NCBI RefSeq assembly: GCF_001194135.2
Contig: NC_068982.1
Coordinates: forward strand, 60,110,876-60,174,875
Reading direction: 5' to 3'
Length of the DNA stretch: 64,000 nucleotides
Source: Octopus bimaculoides
Taxonomy: Eukaryota
In this document: one piece after another, positions 1-14,083 of the stretch
Numbering within the stretch: position 1 is the first letter of the stretch
Layout of the letters: the number at the start of each line of letters is the position of its first letter
Made by a program: the position numbers and the translations under genes
Notes under the pieces: model-generated
Told to the model about the DNA's origin: nothing
Database searches by the model: none
The model's input: only the letters and a program-made list of their open reading frames with translations

Positions 1-899
1 TTGCCTAACTTGGAAACTGACAGGAGTTAGCAACAGGAGGGGAATTTGGCCATAGAAAATTCAGTTCTGCAAGTTCCATCCAACATGGGAAAGTGGACCT
101 TTACACAATGACGATGACTTCAAGTTACACCTCATGGCTCAGCCAACCATTCAGACTAAATAAAACTTATAACCATTCTGTATTTTGTGATTTGCATTTC
201 CTCAAACTATCTAAAGTTACATTATTTACATTGGACGGATATGTGTCCTCATTTTATGTCCTCATCTTGTGTCCTCATCTTGTGTCCTCATATCGTCCAA
301 TGTAAATAAAGCACAGAATTCCTCATCCCTAAAATATAGAACAGTATAATTTAAAGTTAGACCTAAAGGGTGCTGCTTTCATTTCACATTTTCTTTCTTC
401 TATAAGACATTAAACTGCATCTGGTGGTAAGGTTCCAGTTTTAGGAGCTGTGAGGTGTGTGGAATTGCCCCTTAATTACCAGTATTCTCACATCCATTCA
501 GACCTGTCAGGGCCCTATCTATGGATTAAATAGCTTTTTTTAAGGGTAGATTGAGTTTCATTAGCTGCTGTGAAAGCAAACAATCTAGGACAAGGAAAAT
601 CCAAAAATTAATCCCCTCCTCCAACATGCCCTAAGCCTGCACAAAAGAGTATGTCTGATGAAACTAACATGAGCTATGTCCAATAATATACTCTGATACA
701 TACTCTGAAGGTAACTACCTCGTGTTAGTGTGCATTCTGCTGCAAGTGGAGAGAGAGTGGGAGATGATGATGATGATCATCAGTCTCACAGAATTTTTGA
801 GTTGACAACATAAAATTTGTTGATAAAAGCAATGAGTATCATCCACAATTAGTTAGAGAAGATATCAGTTGAAAGAAGGAAACCAAATTTACACAAGTG

Positions 900-1059
900 T
901 AGGTATGGCTGTGTTGTAAAGAGGTTCGCTTAGCAACCACATGGGTTTGGGTTCAGTTCTGTGGCACAGCAGCTTAAAAAAATGTTTTCTACTACAGCTT
1001 CTGCCAACAAATACCTTGTGAGTTTAGTATGCAGAAACAGTGTGAGAGCCCAGCATATA

Positions 1060-1091
<32 letters not shown>

Positions 1092-1266
1092 CAGCTTGTC
1101 CCTCTCTAACTTAGCAGTTTGATAAAAAGAAAAAAAAAGACCACTACAATAGGCACTAGACATAAAATAAGTACTAGGGTTGATTTGATCAACTAAGCCC
1201 CTCAATGCAGAGCCCAAAATGGCTGTAGTCCAATGACTGAAACCGGTAAAAGAATAAAAGATGAAT
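900..1266 (+). mobile_element. tRNA-derived SINE, family A (internal TA/TG microsatellite), decayed copy
   Basis: Head GTAGGTATGGCTGTGTTGTAAAGAGG...GGTTCAGTTC, internal (GT)n, tail GTCCAATGACTGAAACCGGTAAAAGAATAAAAG; matches copies at 18570 and 28258. Confidence 0.85.
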
Positions 1267-4035
1267 AAAAGAGTAACTACTTTGGCCATTCAAAAATGTG
1301 TAAAGTGACTGATTAAAATGGAAATGCTTCTACTAGTGATCAACCTAACCCTGTATGAGTTTTATAAATTAGCTTGTAAACAACTGCAAGATATTCCAGA
1401 GAGAAAAAAAAAAAATGTGTTTTAAAATTTTGCATCAAAATGTTATTAATGACTGGAAAATTTTGATAGTCTTTCGGCAAAAAAAGAAAAAAGAAAAATT
1501 ATTTGACAAAACTATGATGAGATCTACAGTGGAATGATTCCTGACTGCTCACAGTTTGGGGTTTTATTGTTTTTAATTACTTTTTATCACATATTTGAAT
1601 CTAAAGCTTGCTTTGTTTTGTCTTCATGGTAATAAGCAGCATCTAGGATATATGGGAAATAGGGAAATACATAAAAGAATATGGTGGAATAATTATGACA
1701 TGAAGCAGCCAGGAAAAATGGACATAACTGTATAGAAATTGATAGGAAGACGGAAGCATAACAGCACTTTAATGAAGCATTGAAGTCAGTGTACATAAAT
1801 CAAGAAATAATTATTTCATTGGCTAACATAAAGGTATATTACATTTGACAAAAACTAAGGAAGTGTTTAGGATAAATTAGATACCTATGAAGTATAAATA
1901 GGCACATACACAACACACATACACACAGAGTATATGCCAATGCAATGTATACACATAAGCATATCTCTATGTGTGGCTTTATAATCTACATTTTTATACA
2001 ACTATACACATATATAAAATAGAAGCCTTGATACATGCATTGTTTATGTTTTGTGTGCGTGTATGTGTGATCATGTGTGTAACTCTAACACTGCAAGAAT
2101 GTAAACATATAAAGTTAAAACAAAACGTAAAAATATATAAAAGAACTGATCCAAATTTTATGTTTTCAAGTTTGATATTATTGACCCAACACACAAGGAA
2201 ATAACATCATGCATCAGGGATATGAAATTTTACAAAATAAAAGAGCAAAACAAACTGAGTCAGCTGAAAAACTTTCTATACGACAAGTAGATTTCTCCTC
2301 TATGCTAAAGAACAGCTTCAAAACATTTTTCAGAGCTATTAAAAGAAATTGTTTCTAAAATAACAATAGCAAACACCAGTAGAAAAGTAAAAGAGATTAG
2401 CCTTATTTTGGAGAGAGGAATGATCACCCGAGCTGCAAGGACTTTGTAAAATGAAATGAGGTGGTACAACTTACTAAATGACGAACACAAAAGGAGCGCT
2501 TCACATATTCTATATGGCTAAAGGAATCACAGATATGAAAATAAGCATCGTCCATAGAGAAACGAAAAGCAGGAAGTTTGAAAGAATACAACAAACAGGA
2601 TTAGAAACTGGCCATACATCATTAATTTAAGAGGGAGAAAAAAGAAAGAGAATCCAAACATATAGACATATCAATCCATTTCCTGCAAATATATGCATAC
2701 ATACATATATATACATGGATACATACATATATTATAAATATATGCCTCTCAGAATAAACACACATTTTCACAAAGTTTACCTAAATGCATTTATGTGTAA
2801 AAGGATATATGTGTTTATGTACACACACATACTGCACATATTGGTACTCTCTTCAAATTGAAAAGATAGATACACATGCATGCACATGCACACACATTTC
2901 AGTGTATGCACACATGTATATTCTATAAAAGAATTATACTGTTGCTTATTGGTATTTTTATATCAAAGTTTTACAAATTTTGTTGTTATGGACATTTTGC
3001 TATTGTTTTACTTTTTAAACAAATATTTTCACTTATATCTTTTACCAATGTTTAATGTATTTTTTTTTTCTGTTCTTTTCTGTTATTTTATATTATTTTT
3101 TTTATTATCAAACTCCCTTTTCAATATTCTGCAAAGAAAATTACTGTTTAATTCCGTCTAAAGTAAAAATTGCAGTGGAATAATACAATTAATGTTCCGT
3201 TATTTTCTGCTCCTATCGTTATCGCCAAAGATAATGAAAACAAAAAAAAAAATAACAAAAGCAAAAAACAAAAAACCCGCAGAAAGACAAAACAATAAAA
3301 GTAGACAACTTTGCAGGAGTATTTCCTATTTAACATAAGAAATCAAAATTAAATTTCAACAAGCTTTATGACTTCCAAATACTTTGTGGAACAGTGCAGA
3401 AAGAAATGATCAACAAATATTTATTTCAAAGAATTAACATCACTTCTGCACAAGATTAAATTAGTTGTTGCTACAATTATTATTGTTGTAAAAAGAGAGA
3501 GAGAAGCTGAAGTTTTATGTATTTAGATGAATGAGGTGTGTGAATGTGTGTGTGTGAGGAGAAAGTTCTTTGGCTGTTGTTTTTCTACATCTTCCGCCAC
3601 GCTCGCATACCTTTTCATATAATCTTTTTATAGTATTGTCTATATATTTACATTGGTTAATTTTTTTTTTTTTTTTTTTGGCATTCTGAACAAATAAGCA
3701 AAACCTAAAACACACACAGACACACATTATTGTTCCATATCATATCTATCGATAATTCATTGATATATAGATAAAACTATTATTTGATATAGTTTAAAAG
3801 AACTATGATTTATATTTTAAGCTACAAGTAGAGTCAATTATCAATATGTAATCAGATTATTCTACTAATGTTTATAATTAACTCCCATTACTGTCACAAG
3901 TTAAATAGAAAGTCTATCCAAAACAGCATCACAATAAATTTGTTACTAAGAAAATATATATACATACATACACAAACCCATATATACAAGTATATATATA
4001 GTCATACAAACAGATATATAGATACACACATATAT

Positions 4036-4072
<37 letters not shown>

Positions 4073-4424
4073 TACATAAAGACATATTCACACACACAAA
4101 CACACATTATGTGTGTATGCAATTATGGGTACATGTCCGTTTATATTCAAACATGGGAAAACCTTCACTACACAGAAACTGTCTTGGAAGAGAAATTCTC
4201 CTTATAGACAATGTTGGTGCTGTGATCTGCACCAATATATTAGCTCATATAGAAACAATAAGTCATCTGGAAAATGTATACCAGATTAACAAATAGTTAG
4301 TCTATCAAGCAAAGTAAAAGTTGAACCAAATTCAAATCCCTTTCTCCAAGGGTCTGTCTGATAAAATTCATAAAATCTGCAACTCATATATCATCAAAAT
4401 GAGCTGATAGAGAAGCTTCTACAT

Positions 4425-4697
4425 CAGTGGTTCCCAACTGGGGTCAGTATGGCCCTTAGGGGTTATTATGGGCTTTGAGGCTCCATATAAGATTTGGTTG
4501 TTAAAATATTTTATGTATTGAAGTATAACCAATTTACTGCAGATAAATTTTGAGAATTTATTTTATACAATTCCAGATAATATCTAATTATAAAAGTATA
4601 AGATTTTTTTTAAACGTCAAATGGATCGGAGGGTCCAGTTGAGTAAAATAGGAATCAAAGAGTAAAAATAGGTAAAAAAAATGGTTGAGAATTAGTG
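4425..4697. mobile_element. hAT-type MITE
   Basis: TIRs CAGTGGTTCCCAAC ... GTTGAGAATTAGTG; 8-bp flanks TTCTACAT / TTCAACAT (7/8) fit a hAT TSD; related copy at 27215. Confidence 0.75.
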
Positions 4698-5315
4698 TTC
4701 AACATGACCGTTTTACTTGTTAGAAATAGAAGCTAAATATTCCTCAAATTCTTCCTGGCTGTTGCAAAGAAAAGGAAAGAATACTTTGAACAATATAGAT
4801 TTAAACATATAAAAAGACAGCATGGTCGTAGTTGGGTTGTCTTTGATATTTTATAATTATAGCACCAGCTTGGAACCCAGCACTCTCAGAACTGCGTTTA
4901 GAAGTAACAGTGCACTGCAAAATTCCTCATCACAATAACAAAACCTGCCCAAGAGTAGTTAATACTTAGTTATATTAATAACAGCCCATACACTTGCGGA
5001 AGAAAATCTTAAAAGGAGAAATTGGGAGTTCCTCTAAAGATAAGTATAAAGGAATATGAGAAAGTCTTAGAGGGAAGTGAAACATCTGAGAGAGGAATAG
5101 CTGAACTCATATGATAAGAAGGAAAAGCCTAAACCACTATGGAATCAGAATTTCCACAATTCATAAAGAACTATATTGGAAACTTTGAAAAAATTTTAGA
5201 ACATGGTACTTATAACACTTAGTGATAATCTAGTCAATTATCTTAGCATGGACCAAAACTCAGTATAGCAGCATTTAGTGAAAAATATAGTTAAATAACT
5301 TTAATCTTTTATCTT

Positions 5316-5725
5316 TTGCTTGTTTCAGTCACTAGACTGTGGTCAAGTTGGGACTCTGCCTTGAATTTTAGTCAAACAAATCAACCCCTGTACTTATTTG
5401 TTTTCAAGCCTGATACTTATTCTATCGGTCTCTTTTTGTCAAATGGCTAAGTTACAGAGACATAACCACACTAACATCAGTTGTCGAGCAGTGGTGGGGG
5501 ACAAACACAGACACAAAGAGACACACACACACATATGTGTATATATATGTATACATACACAAACAATGGGTTTCTTTCAGTTTCCATTTATCAAATCCAC
5601 TCAAAAGGCTTTTGTTGGCCCAATATTATAGAAGATACTTGTCAAAGGTGCCTCTCAGTAGGACTGGACCTGGAACCATGTAGTTGGGAAGCAAACTTCT
5701 TACCACAGAGCCACACCTCACCTAT
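5316..5725 (-). mobile_element. SINE family A
   Basis: Reverse complement of the 18570-19038 copy along its length, including the internal microsatellite. Confidence 0.85.
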
Positions 5726-5815
5726 GTAACATAGGTTATAAATGCTCTAATGGATGAACTGGCCTGTGGAAAAAGAGCCTTATTACACTTATTGTATTAC
5801 ACTTAGTTCATATAC

Positions 5816-5943
5816 ATTCTGATGTATGTCCAGGAATGAGACACATGGTGACATTGCAACTCAAGTCAGTTGAAATATAGTGTTTATATTCTTTTATTGA
5901 GTTGATCTGGAAGAAGGGGTCTATATCCAATACTTTCATAAAA
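5816..5943 (-). CDS. Candidate coding exon (FMKVLDIDPFFQINSIKEYKHYISTDLSCNVTMCLIPGHTSE), product unknown
   Basis: Good acceptor TTTACATTTTAAACTTTCCAG; one open frame; weak donor GTATAT or stop at 5808; no recognisable homology. Confidence 0.25.
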
Positions 5944-6696
5944 CTGGAAAGTTTAAAATGTAAATATAAATTTTTTGCTTGTAATAAATGTTGCATTTCG
6001 GTGCTTATGGCCATGGCTTATTATAAAACATTTTCATAATGGTTTTACATTTTATCAAATATATCAAACGTAAAATGTTTTGTTTCTGAGATTCTTATCA
6101 TCAGTGCCCAGTTTCTAACCCATGATGGATCAGAACCCATCATAAGTTAGGAACTGCTTTTATTTATTACGTGCTCAATCATTTTTAGCATCAGTTTGTA
6201 AATCTGACAGATCTCGAAGATTTGTCTGTGAGAATGTTCATTATATGGAAGAAAGGAGAGAGAGAGAACGAATGAGGGCAGAATATGAAAGAAGATGATG
6301 GAGACAGACAGACAGACAGGCAGACAGAGAGACAAAGAAATAGAGGGGGAAGGAAGGAGAGAGAGAGAGAGAGAGAGAGATTTAATCAAATAGATTTATA
6401 GCAAGGGAGTAATCAATTGATCATTAGGTGATGATAAAAACAAATCAACAGATATGAATGAAGTCATCTATTTTTTTTACCACTTGTCATAGTTTATTAG
6501 TCTCTTGGGAAAATAAAAAAAATCTGTTAAGTTGACAACGACAATATTTCAAATAAAACCTCTAAATCCCTGAAGATCTATCAATTATACAGTTTACATT
6601 AGCAAAGTCCAAATAAGTTCACATCTGTTTGAATACATGTGGATTTATGTTTGTAAAAGTTAAGTTGCAACAGAAAACTAAGTTTGAGATGTTTAC

Positions 6697-6733
<37 letters not shown>

Positions 6734-8009
6734 TTCCTTTGTTTGAACAATAGAGGATGATAAGATGCCAAATAAAATTTAGTGTCTCAGAATGAACAAA
6801 AGATATTTTAGAAATGTCTTTATGTACAAACTGTATCACAAAAGAATGAGACAAAACATTTTCAAATGTCACCATTAGATTACAGAAGTGAAGAAACAAT
6901 TTCTGAAATAGCATGTTTTATTCTTTCATAAGGAATTAAGCATTTTTTCCCCCTCCTTTAATTAAAAGATCCAATGGTAATGAACAAAATCATTAACAGA
7001 AGTAGTTCTAATTTCCTACAGGAGAGTAATTGAGAAGAATACTTGTAAATCTGTTAAATATATGACCTATGAATTCTCTTAAAAAAAAAAAAAGACAGCT
7101 AATAACCAAGTCACTGCTGAGAGAGCATTCTCCTTGTCTCACTTTCACCTTTAAACATGTTGTGCTATGAAATGTTTCTGTCACTTATTGATTCAATGAT
7201 TAAATAAGAATTGTAACACCAATCAAGGGAGCTAAAATCAATAAAGCACCAATAAAAGAGAACTAGAACTGCAAAACAGTTGCAGGTAGCAACAATAACT
7301 TAGGTCTATTAACAGTTATTGGTACTAAAATATACTGGCACAGTCGACCAGTAAGTTTGAATGTTAGCCAGTAGGCTTTAACAATATCTGGCTGTAAAAG
7401 TTACTTATCTTGGAAGTCATTGTCTTTTCTAAAAGGACTATTATTTTAGTCAATATATCTTAGCAAACAACCACAAGATCCCAAATAGTTCTTGTAAATA
7501 ATTAATGTTTATACTGTTAAGAAGTTCAATTAAAATAAGAAATTGATTATCTGGAATTTAATAACTTGGCATTTAATCATTCTTGAATACATATAATTCT
7601 CATGGAATGTTGTAATGTCTGCACAGAAAAGCTGAATCAGTTTAGAACATTAATTCTAGTACAGAAAGCAAAAAACTCAACCCCAGATTTGCAGTTCTTA
7701 GTTATGGTATCACTTTATTCATGCTTCTAATGCATTTGTCATTATCATCATTAAATATCCATTATTTCATACTTGCATGGGTTGGACGGAATTTGTGGAG
7801 CTGGATTTTCTAAGGTTGGATGCTCTTCCTGTCACAAACACTTTCCTTTTTTCAAGTAAGGTATTATTTTCCCATGACCAGACATGTTTTGACAGAAGAT
7901 TAGAAATGAAGGACACTGCTGACATGATGGTAACATTCATTTAAAACCATCATGTGATGTCAAGGTAAGGAGGCAGTAACACATGCTTTCATGTACACAT
8001 ACACAAGGA

Positions 8010-8202
8010 CTGAGATATCTGGTGTGCTCAAAATGGCCCATCTGTCTCTGTGGAGTGGGTGGTGTTAAGAAGAACATCCAGCAGTAGAAATCATGCCAGA
8101 ACAGACAATGGAGCCTGATGCGACCCCTGGCCTTACCAGCTCCAATCAAACCATCCAGCCCATACTAGCATGGAAAATGGAAGTTAAATGATGATGATGA
8201 TG
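8010..8202 (+). mobile_element. SINE-like/RTE-tail repeat, family D, (GAT)n tail
   Basis: AAGAACATCCAGCAGTAGAAATCATGCC...CATGGAAAATGGAAGTTAAATGATGATGATG; related copies at ~7740-7835(-), 48440-48815(+), 53064-53250(-), 61455-61620(+). Confidence 0.75.
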
Positions 8203-8206
8203 CATG

Positions 8207-8239
<33 letters not shown>

Positions 8240-8371
8240 AATGCTCAAAATACAAGACTAGAAAAACAGCCAATAACTGACGAAGAGTCGTTCTTTATGT
8301 TGTTTGCTTTGTTTGCCATTTGTGTCTTTTATTGTTTGAAAGAATAATTCATGTTTCATGTACTCGTGCTT

Positions 8372-8696
8372 NNNNNNNNNNNNNNNNNNNNNNNNNNNNN
8401 NNNNNNNNNNNNNNNNNNNNNNNNNNNNNNNNNNNNNNNNNNNNNNNNNNNNNNNNNNNNNNNNNNNNNNNNNNNNNNNNNNNNNNNNNNNNNNNNNNNN
8501 NNNNNNNNNNNNNNNNNNNNNNNNNNNNNNNNNNNNNNNNNNNNNNNNNNNNNNNNNNNNNNNNNNNNNNNNNNNNNNNNNNNNNNNNNNNNNNNNNNNN
8601 NNNNNNNNNNNNNNNNNNNNNNNNNNNNNNNNNNNNNNNNNNNNNNNNNNNNNNNNNNNNNNNNNNNNNNNNNNNNNNNNNNNNNNNNNNNNNNNN
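8372..8696. other. Assembly gap
   Basis: Run of N followed by (TA)n. Confidence 1.
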
Positions 8697-8738
<42 letters not shown>

Positions 8739-8895
8739 GGTGTCTTTCAGTTTCTATCTACCAAATCCACTCACAAGGCGTTCATCAAGCATAGGCTATA
8801 GTAGAAGACACATGCACAAAATTCCATGCAATAGGACTGAACCTAAAAGTGTATGGTTGGGAAGTAAACTTCTTACCACACAGCCATGCCTGTAC
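8697..8895 (-). mobile_element. SINE family A, 5' half running into the gap
   Basis: TCTTTCAGTTTCTATCTACCAAATCCACTCACAAGG...CTTCTTACCACACAGCCATGCC is the reverse complement of the family A head. Confidence 0.85.
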
Positions 8896-10131
8896 CTATC
8901 CATACTTAAACCTACAGACTGAATACATTTATTTCAAGAAATTTTGCGACAGTAGTGACATCATATCTTTGGGCATAACATCTAATTTGTACTGAGCAAC
9001 TAAACTGATAGACAATGCATTATATTTTCTTGGAATGAAATAGATAAAACAGTGGAAATGAAGATGAAGAAATAGTGTCACTGAAGCACAAAACACTTTA
9101 AAAAAAGACAAAATAAATTACTGAATATTTTTTGGCTATCTCTGCTTTGCCACATTGGAACATAACAAGAAATTCTGGGAATAATTTTAGAAGACAATCT
9201 AACCTACTGAGGGATGTTAAACTTAATCTTCAAATTTTGGCTGCCTTCTGTATATAAGACAGTTACTATTCTATAACTATTGTATATTATTTATTGTTTA
9301 TTGCCCAATATAGATTTTTAATAGTTTTAATGCAATAAAGAATAAATGAGACATTGACTATTACCGTAAACTGTTCTTTCATGGTAATTCATTCATGCTG
9401 GCAAAAAGATTTCAACAGATTATGCATAATATTAATATAATATATGGCAGTTTTTGTTGTTATTTTCATATTAATAGAGCTGATCAGGCTGGATAAGCCA
9501 ACACTTAAGTGACTGGAATGATGATGCTGATGATGACAATAGCAATGATGACGATGATGACAACACAAAATTGATGCTGATGCTGATGATGGTGGCGATG
9601 GTGGTGATGATGATGATGTTGATGACGAATTTCATCTACTGTAGGACAGTAGTCATGAAATATCCTGAAATTCAATTTGAAGCCAATATCCAGTTAAAAA
9701 GAATTCGAATTAAAATTTTTTTGTCTTTTTGTAAAATATCTTTGACCACAGTAAAGTAATTAGCATTTATAATTTGTATGTGAACATGAAAGTCTGTTGG
9801 CACCATTAAGTCTGATGGTTCTCCATTTGTTGATTTCTCATAATTTAAAGACCAATAACACTCGCATCATTCATTCCCCCCTTTCTTGATTCAAAATATT
9901 TACATTTCACCCAACAGTTCCACTGTGAAACAACTGGCGTATAAGTGACACAAGAAGAAAAAAGATAATTCCACTCTATTTTAATAAATGTATTTAATTC
10001 ATGTTCCTGCTGAAAAGAATTTTGCATGATTAATAGTTGAATGAAATAAATACAGTTTTAAATTACTCCATACAATTTTTCTAGAACTGTTTCCACTAAT
10101 AAAAGAAATATATCATTTGAAATATGCTTAG

Positions 10132-10191
<60 letters not shown>

Positions 10192-10804
10192 TTCATTCAT
10201 TCATTTATTTATTTACTGTATTAGATTGCATTCACATCCACAATAATCTCAATTTTTTAATATATTTTTACTTATCTATTTATACATTTATTTTGTGTTG
10301 ACATCACTGTCTTTAAATCTGATTATCCATAATGGTGTAGGTAGGATGGCTTTGCTCAACCAATTCTATACTTGCTAGCAATATTCTATATGTTCTCGGG
10401 AGATTTCATTTTAGTTCTAATTTTTATGTACCCCAGTAGAAAAATGGATTAATTTTCATTATGACATTGCCTAATCTTAAAACATTAGATCTGTGATAAA
10501 GACTGCAGACATTCAGACTAAATCTTTGTCTTAAAACTGAAATTATATAAACCTATGGCTTATAGAAGCCAATCAAAGATAGAGCAACCAATCAAAATCT
10601 TAGTCATAATTCCACTAATATGATATACTCTATATGCTTCAGAGCACTTTTAGTCAATGATATTAAATCATCAATTAATATTAATTATAAAACTTATGTT
10701 TACTAGTGCTGATACCAAATTATTGCAAACACATGATAAAATATGCCGAAATGTTTTAGGAGTTTCTTTACTAATGGAAGATTTATACTGCTTATTAAAC
10801 TTAC

Positions 10805-10987
10805 TTTTTCTGGCAGGGTATGTTCTTATATAATATTATTTCAGAACGTTTGCATCCATTCATCATTAGGTGCCATTAGATGACACACTAAGGTATGTAG
10901 TCAGCTTCTTTGTAGGTAAAAATCTTTGCCATTAATTGTAACTTAATTCGTTTTCATATTATTCTGCTTGAGAGCTTCTATGGTTTT
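10805..10987 (-). other. Candidate exon, possibly 5'UTR plus start (MMNGCKRSEIILYKNIPCQK from 10866)
   Basis: Acceptor TTTTTGTATTTATAG and perfect donor GTAAGT; ends in phase 2, compatible with 5943 exon. Confidence 0.25.
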
Positions 10988-11269
10988 CTATAAATACAAA
11001 AACTGGTTATTTTAAAGTTTTCATATCCAAATTGGAAACTTTCCATCATAATTTCATGCAAGAACCTTTTATTAACTTAGATTCTGAAGATCAACTAAAT
11101 AATTGCAAAGTTTGATTATTTTACAGAATCCTTCCAAATTTTTGTTTGTTTTCTAGATAAATTTAAGCATGTAGGCAATATATTTAATCAAAAATAGGGT
11201 CACAAAAGGACCAAACCAATTAGTTATTCTAAAAGGTTAATAATGTCGAAGGAATTTCTCAGATGAATG

Positions 11270-11572
11270 AATCGACCTCAGTACTTAGTTTTTTTCCTTT
11301 TGAAACCTGGTATTTATTATATCTCTCTGCTTTTGTTGAACCACTGAGTGACAGGGACGTAAGCAAACCAACACTCATTGTCAAGTAGTGGTGGAATACA
11401 CACACACACACGCACAAATGATGGGCTTCTTTTAACTTCCATCTACCAAATCTACTCACAAAGCTTTGGTCAGCCTGAAGCCATGGTAGAAGACACTTGC
11501 CAAAGGTGTCACACAGTGGGACTGAGCCTCAAACCATGTGACTGAGAAGCAAACTGCTTGCCACACAATCCC
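11270..11572 (-). mobile_element. SINE family A
   Basis: Matches reverse complement of family A head and middle. Confidence 0.8.
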
Positions 11573-12039
11573 ATAGCAGTATTCCCTTCCATATATAAGA
11601 ATTCCCTCAGTAAATACAAAAAATATTCCTATACTAGATTTCTAATCATTATCAATCACATATGACAATGAGCTTCTTTTACATTCAGTTAATATTTACA
11701 AAGAAAAGAAAATATGTTTTTCCTTTGCTAATGTTTGCATTTTCTCAGTTAGTTTCAGCAATTTTTTGTATTCATTTCTCTACACCAGTGTAAGGTTGAT
11801 TACACATGCTCCCTAAAGTCAAATATTGTGTAACAAATCTTTTCTCTCATTGCAGATGTAGAGTTACCACTCAAAATGTAATCTTCTTGCCATTTTTCTT
11901 GAATAAACTTGCACTCTTTAGTCAATGATTCAACATATTGCTTGTCATAGATAAACTAACATTCCAGCTGGTTGCTAAGTACCCTATCCACTCAGCTATC
12001 AATTTAAGCAAAAAACGAAAAAAAAAAAAAAAAGGCAAA

Positions 12040-12560
12040 GTGGTGGATTTGCAGAATGTAAATGCTTTGCAGCATTTAGTTTCAGTCATCTATGTTCTGA
12101 GTTCAAATCTTACCCAGGGTAGACTTTGCCTTTCTCTCTTTCAGAGTCAATAACATAAGGACTTGTCAAGAAGTGAGATATACTTAACTGAAAGGTTAAG
12201 AGTATGTCACCTGTTCATGGTGTCCTAGCTGGCCATTCAGTAATGAACTGTTGCTAAATGATGCACTTGTGGACATTTGCAACACCATACATGAAATAAT
12301 GTTCACCAGAAGCATGCATTGGCATTATGTTGTCTGAATAAAATTAGGCAAATATATTATCTACTATCGGCAGAAGGCCTGAACTTTTCATTTTCTTTTG
12401 TGTGGTGAGATATAGTCAATTACATTGACCTCAGTATTCAACTGGTACTTTGTTTCAGTGACTTGAAAGATGAAAAGCCAAGTCAACGTCAGCAGAATGG
12501 ATTATATGCTGCTAAGCATTTCACCCAGTGTGCTAACAATCCTGCCAGTTCACTACATTA
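12040..12560. mobile_element. Two family B (Nin/Deu-domain-like) SINE remnants, opposite orientation (~12040-12170 +, ~12370-12560 -)
   Basis: GTTCTGAGTTCAAATCTT and ACTGGTACTT...GATGAAAAGCCAAGTCAAC motifs. Confidence 0.7.
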
Positions 12561-12743
12561 GGTGATCATAGGATAATGATACCAATTTTCAGTTACAATA
12601 GCTGAAATATAATTTCAGCTTGAACCCTAACCGTAAGCCCCAATAGTCTTGTACCTAACAGTATTGTAACCATACCATTTACTGGTTATGTTTTCGTTTG
12701 TGGTGACTTTTTTACTTGTAGCTATAAAGCAATTGTATGTTAC

Positions 12744-13610
12744 CATTTTTGACACATCCTGTTGGCACCCAGATAGAAAATTGTTTATGTCTAAAAATTA
12801 GTGATCCCAGAGGTTATGCTGTGTTAGCATGAGTAAAATTATAAGATTCCTTCATCAAGAATTTCCATATGATCAACCATCCTTATATCCTTAACTGAAT
12901 TACTAATGTAAAAAAATTTCTTTGAAATAACTAATTGTTTCAATATTTCAATTCTATCTATTCTCTTTCTAACTTTCTGAAATAGTTTAGAACATTTTAA
13001 GTCGAATAAGATCAGAGGTTTTACCATGTTTCATAAACCAATTTGGTGTTCTAATAATGGTCAATATGTTAAGGGTTTCAGTTATACTTTCAAAGCTTTA
13101 TATCTAGAAGAAATATTCACTTATTAATACAATATTCATAAGATCAAGGAGAGCGATAACAGTTATTTGTCACGATTCCAATCTGAAACTGGAAAATAAA
13201 ACAATCACAAATATCAGTATGCATCGTGAAGAACGTGTGACCCTCTTTTAAGAAACAAAATAAATTTGGTTGGAAAGTTAATGAACATATTGACCATTAT
13301 TAGAACACTAAATTGGATTATGAAATGTGGTAAAACCTCTGATCTTATTCGACTTAAAATGGTCTAAACTATTTCAGAAAGTTAAAAAGAGCATGGATAG
13401 AATTGAAATATTGAAACAATTAGTTATTTCAAAGAAGATTTTTTACATTAGTAATTCAGTTAAGGCTATAAGGATGGTTGATCATATGGAAATTCTTGAT
13501 GAAGGAATCTTATAATTTTACTCATGCAAACACAGCATAACCTCTGGGATCACTAATCTTAAGATGTAAACAATTTTCTACCTGGGTGCCAACAGGATGT
13601 GTCAAAAATG
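12744..13610. repeat. Long inverted repeat, ~327-bp arms (12744-13070, 13284-13610), 213-bp spacer
   Basis: Arms align end to end; ORFs 12839..13027(-) and 13327..13515(+) are near-identical translations. Confidence 0.95.
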
Positions 13611-14083
13611 TTGTTTTCTCACAACACAAAGCTGTTCATCATAATTTTTATAGTTTTCCAGCCATCCATAAATTAGAAGAGCTGACTAAATTGTTATGTC
13701 TTTGTGACTATGTAAGTCTCCCAGACAACATCTCCAGTAGGTGTGGTGTTTTAATAATTAATAAAAAGCATAGATTATGGCATGGGCTAGTCTACTGCAA
13801 CCACTTGATTAGATGTAAAATTACTTTTCCAAGTATCAACAACTAATTTCCATTGAGCGTGTTAAATGTTTTTCCTAAAAACTACTAAACATTATTTGCA
13901 ATTGAAAAGTTGAGCATAAGAAACTGTGGCATGATGGATAAAAGCTTTCAAATGATGAGTCACAGTAGTCAAATGACTAAAACAGGTAAAAGAATAATAT
14001 ATGTGTGTGTGTGTATGTATTTATATATATAGACACACACACACAAACATCTATATATATATATATATATCCTGTTTTACAAA

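Noticed and set aside
2305-2600. Protein-like frames (SELLKEIVSKITIANTSRKVKEISLILERG) and similar at 4150-4296, 44520-44900
   Set aside because: Multiple stops and no identifiable family; possibly ancient TE debris
8320-8922. Long ORFs across N-runs (also 47254-47851, 55950-56468, 58550-58997)
   Set aside because: Open only because N codons are untranslated
13284-13846. Assignment of the foldback sequence to Merlin or Sola transposase
   Set aside because: Only faint motif resemblance across several frameshifts; not supportable without a search
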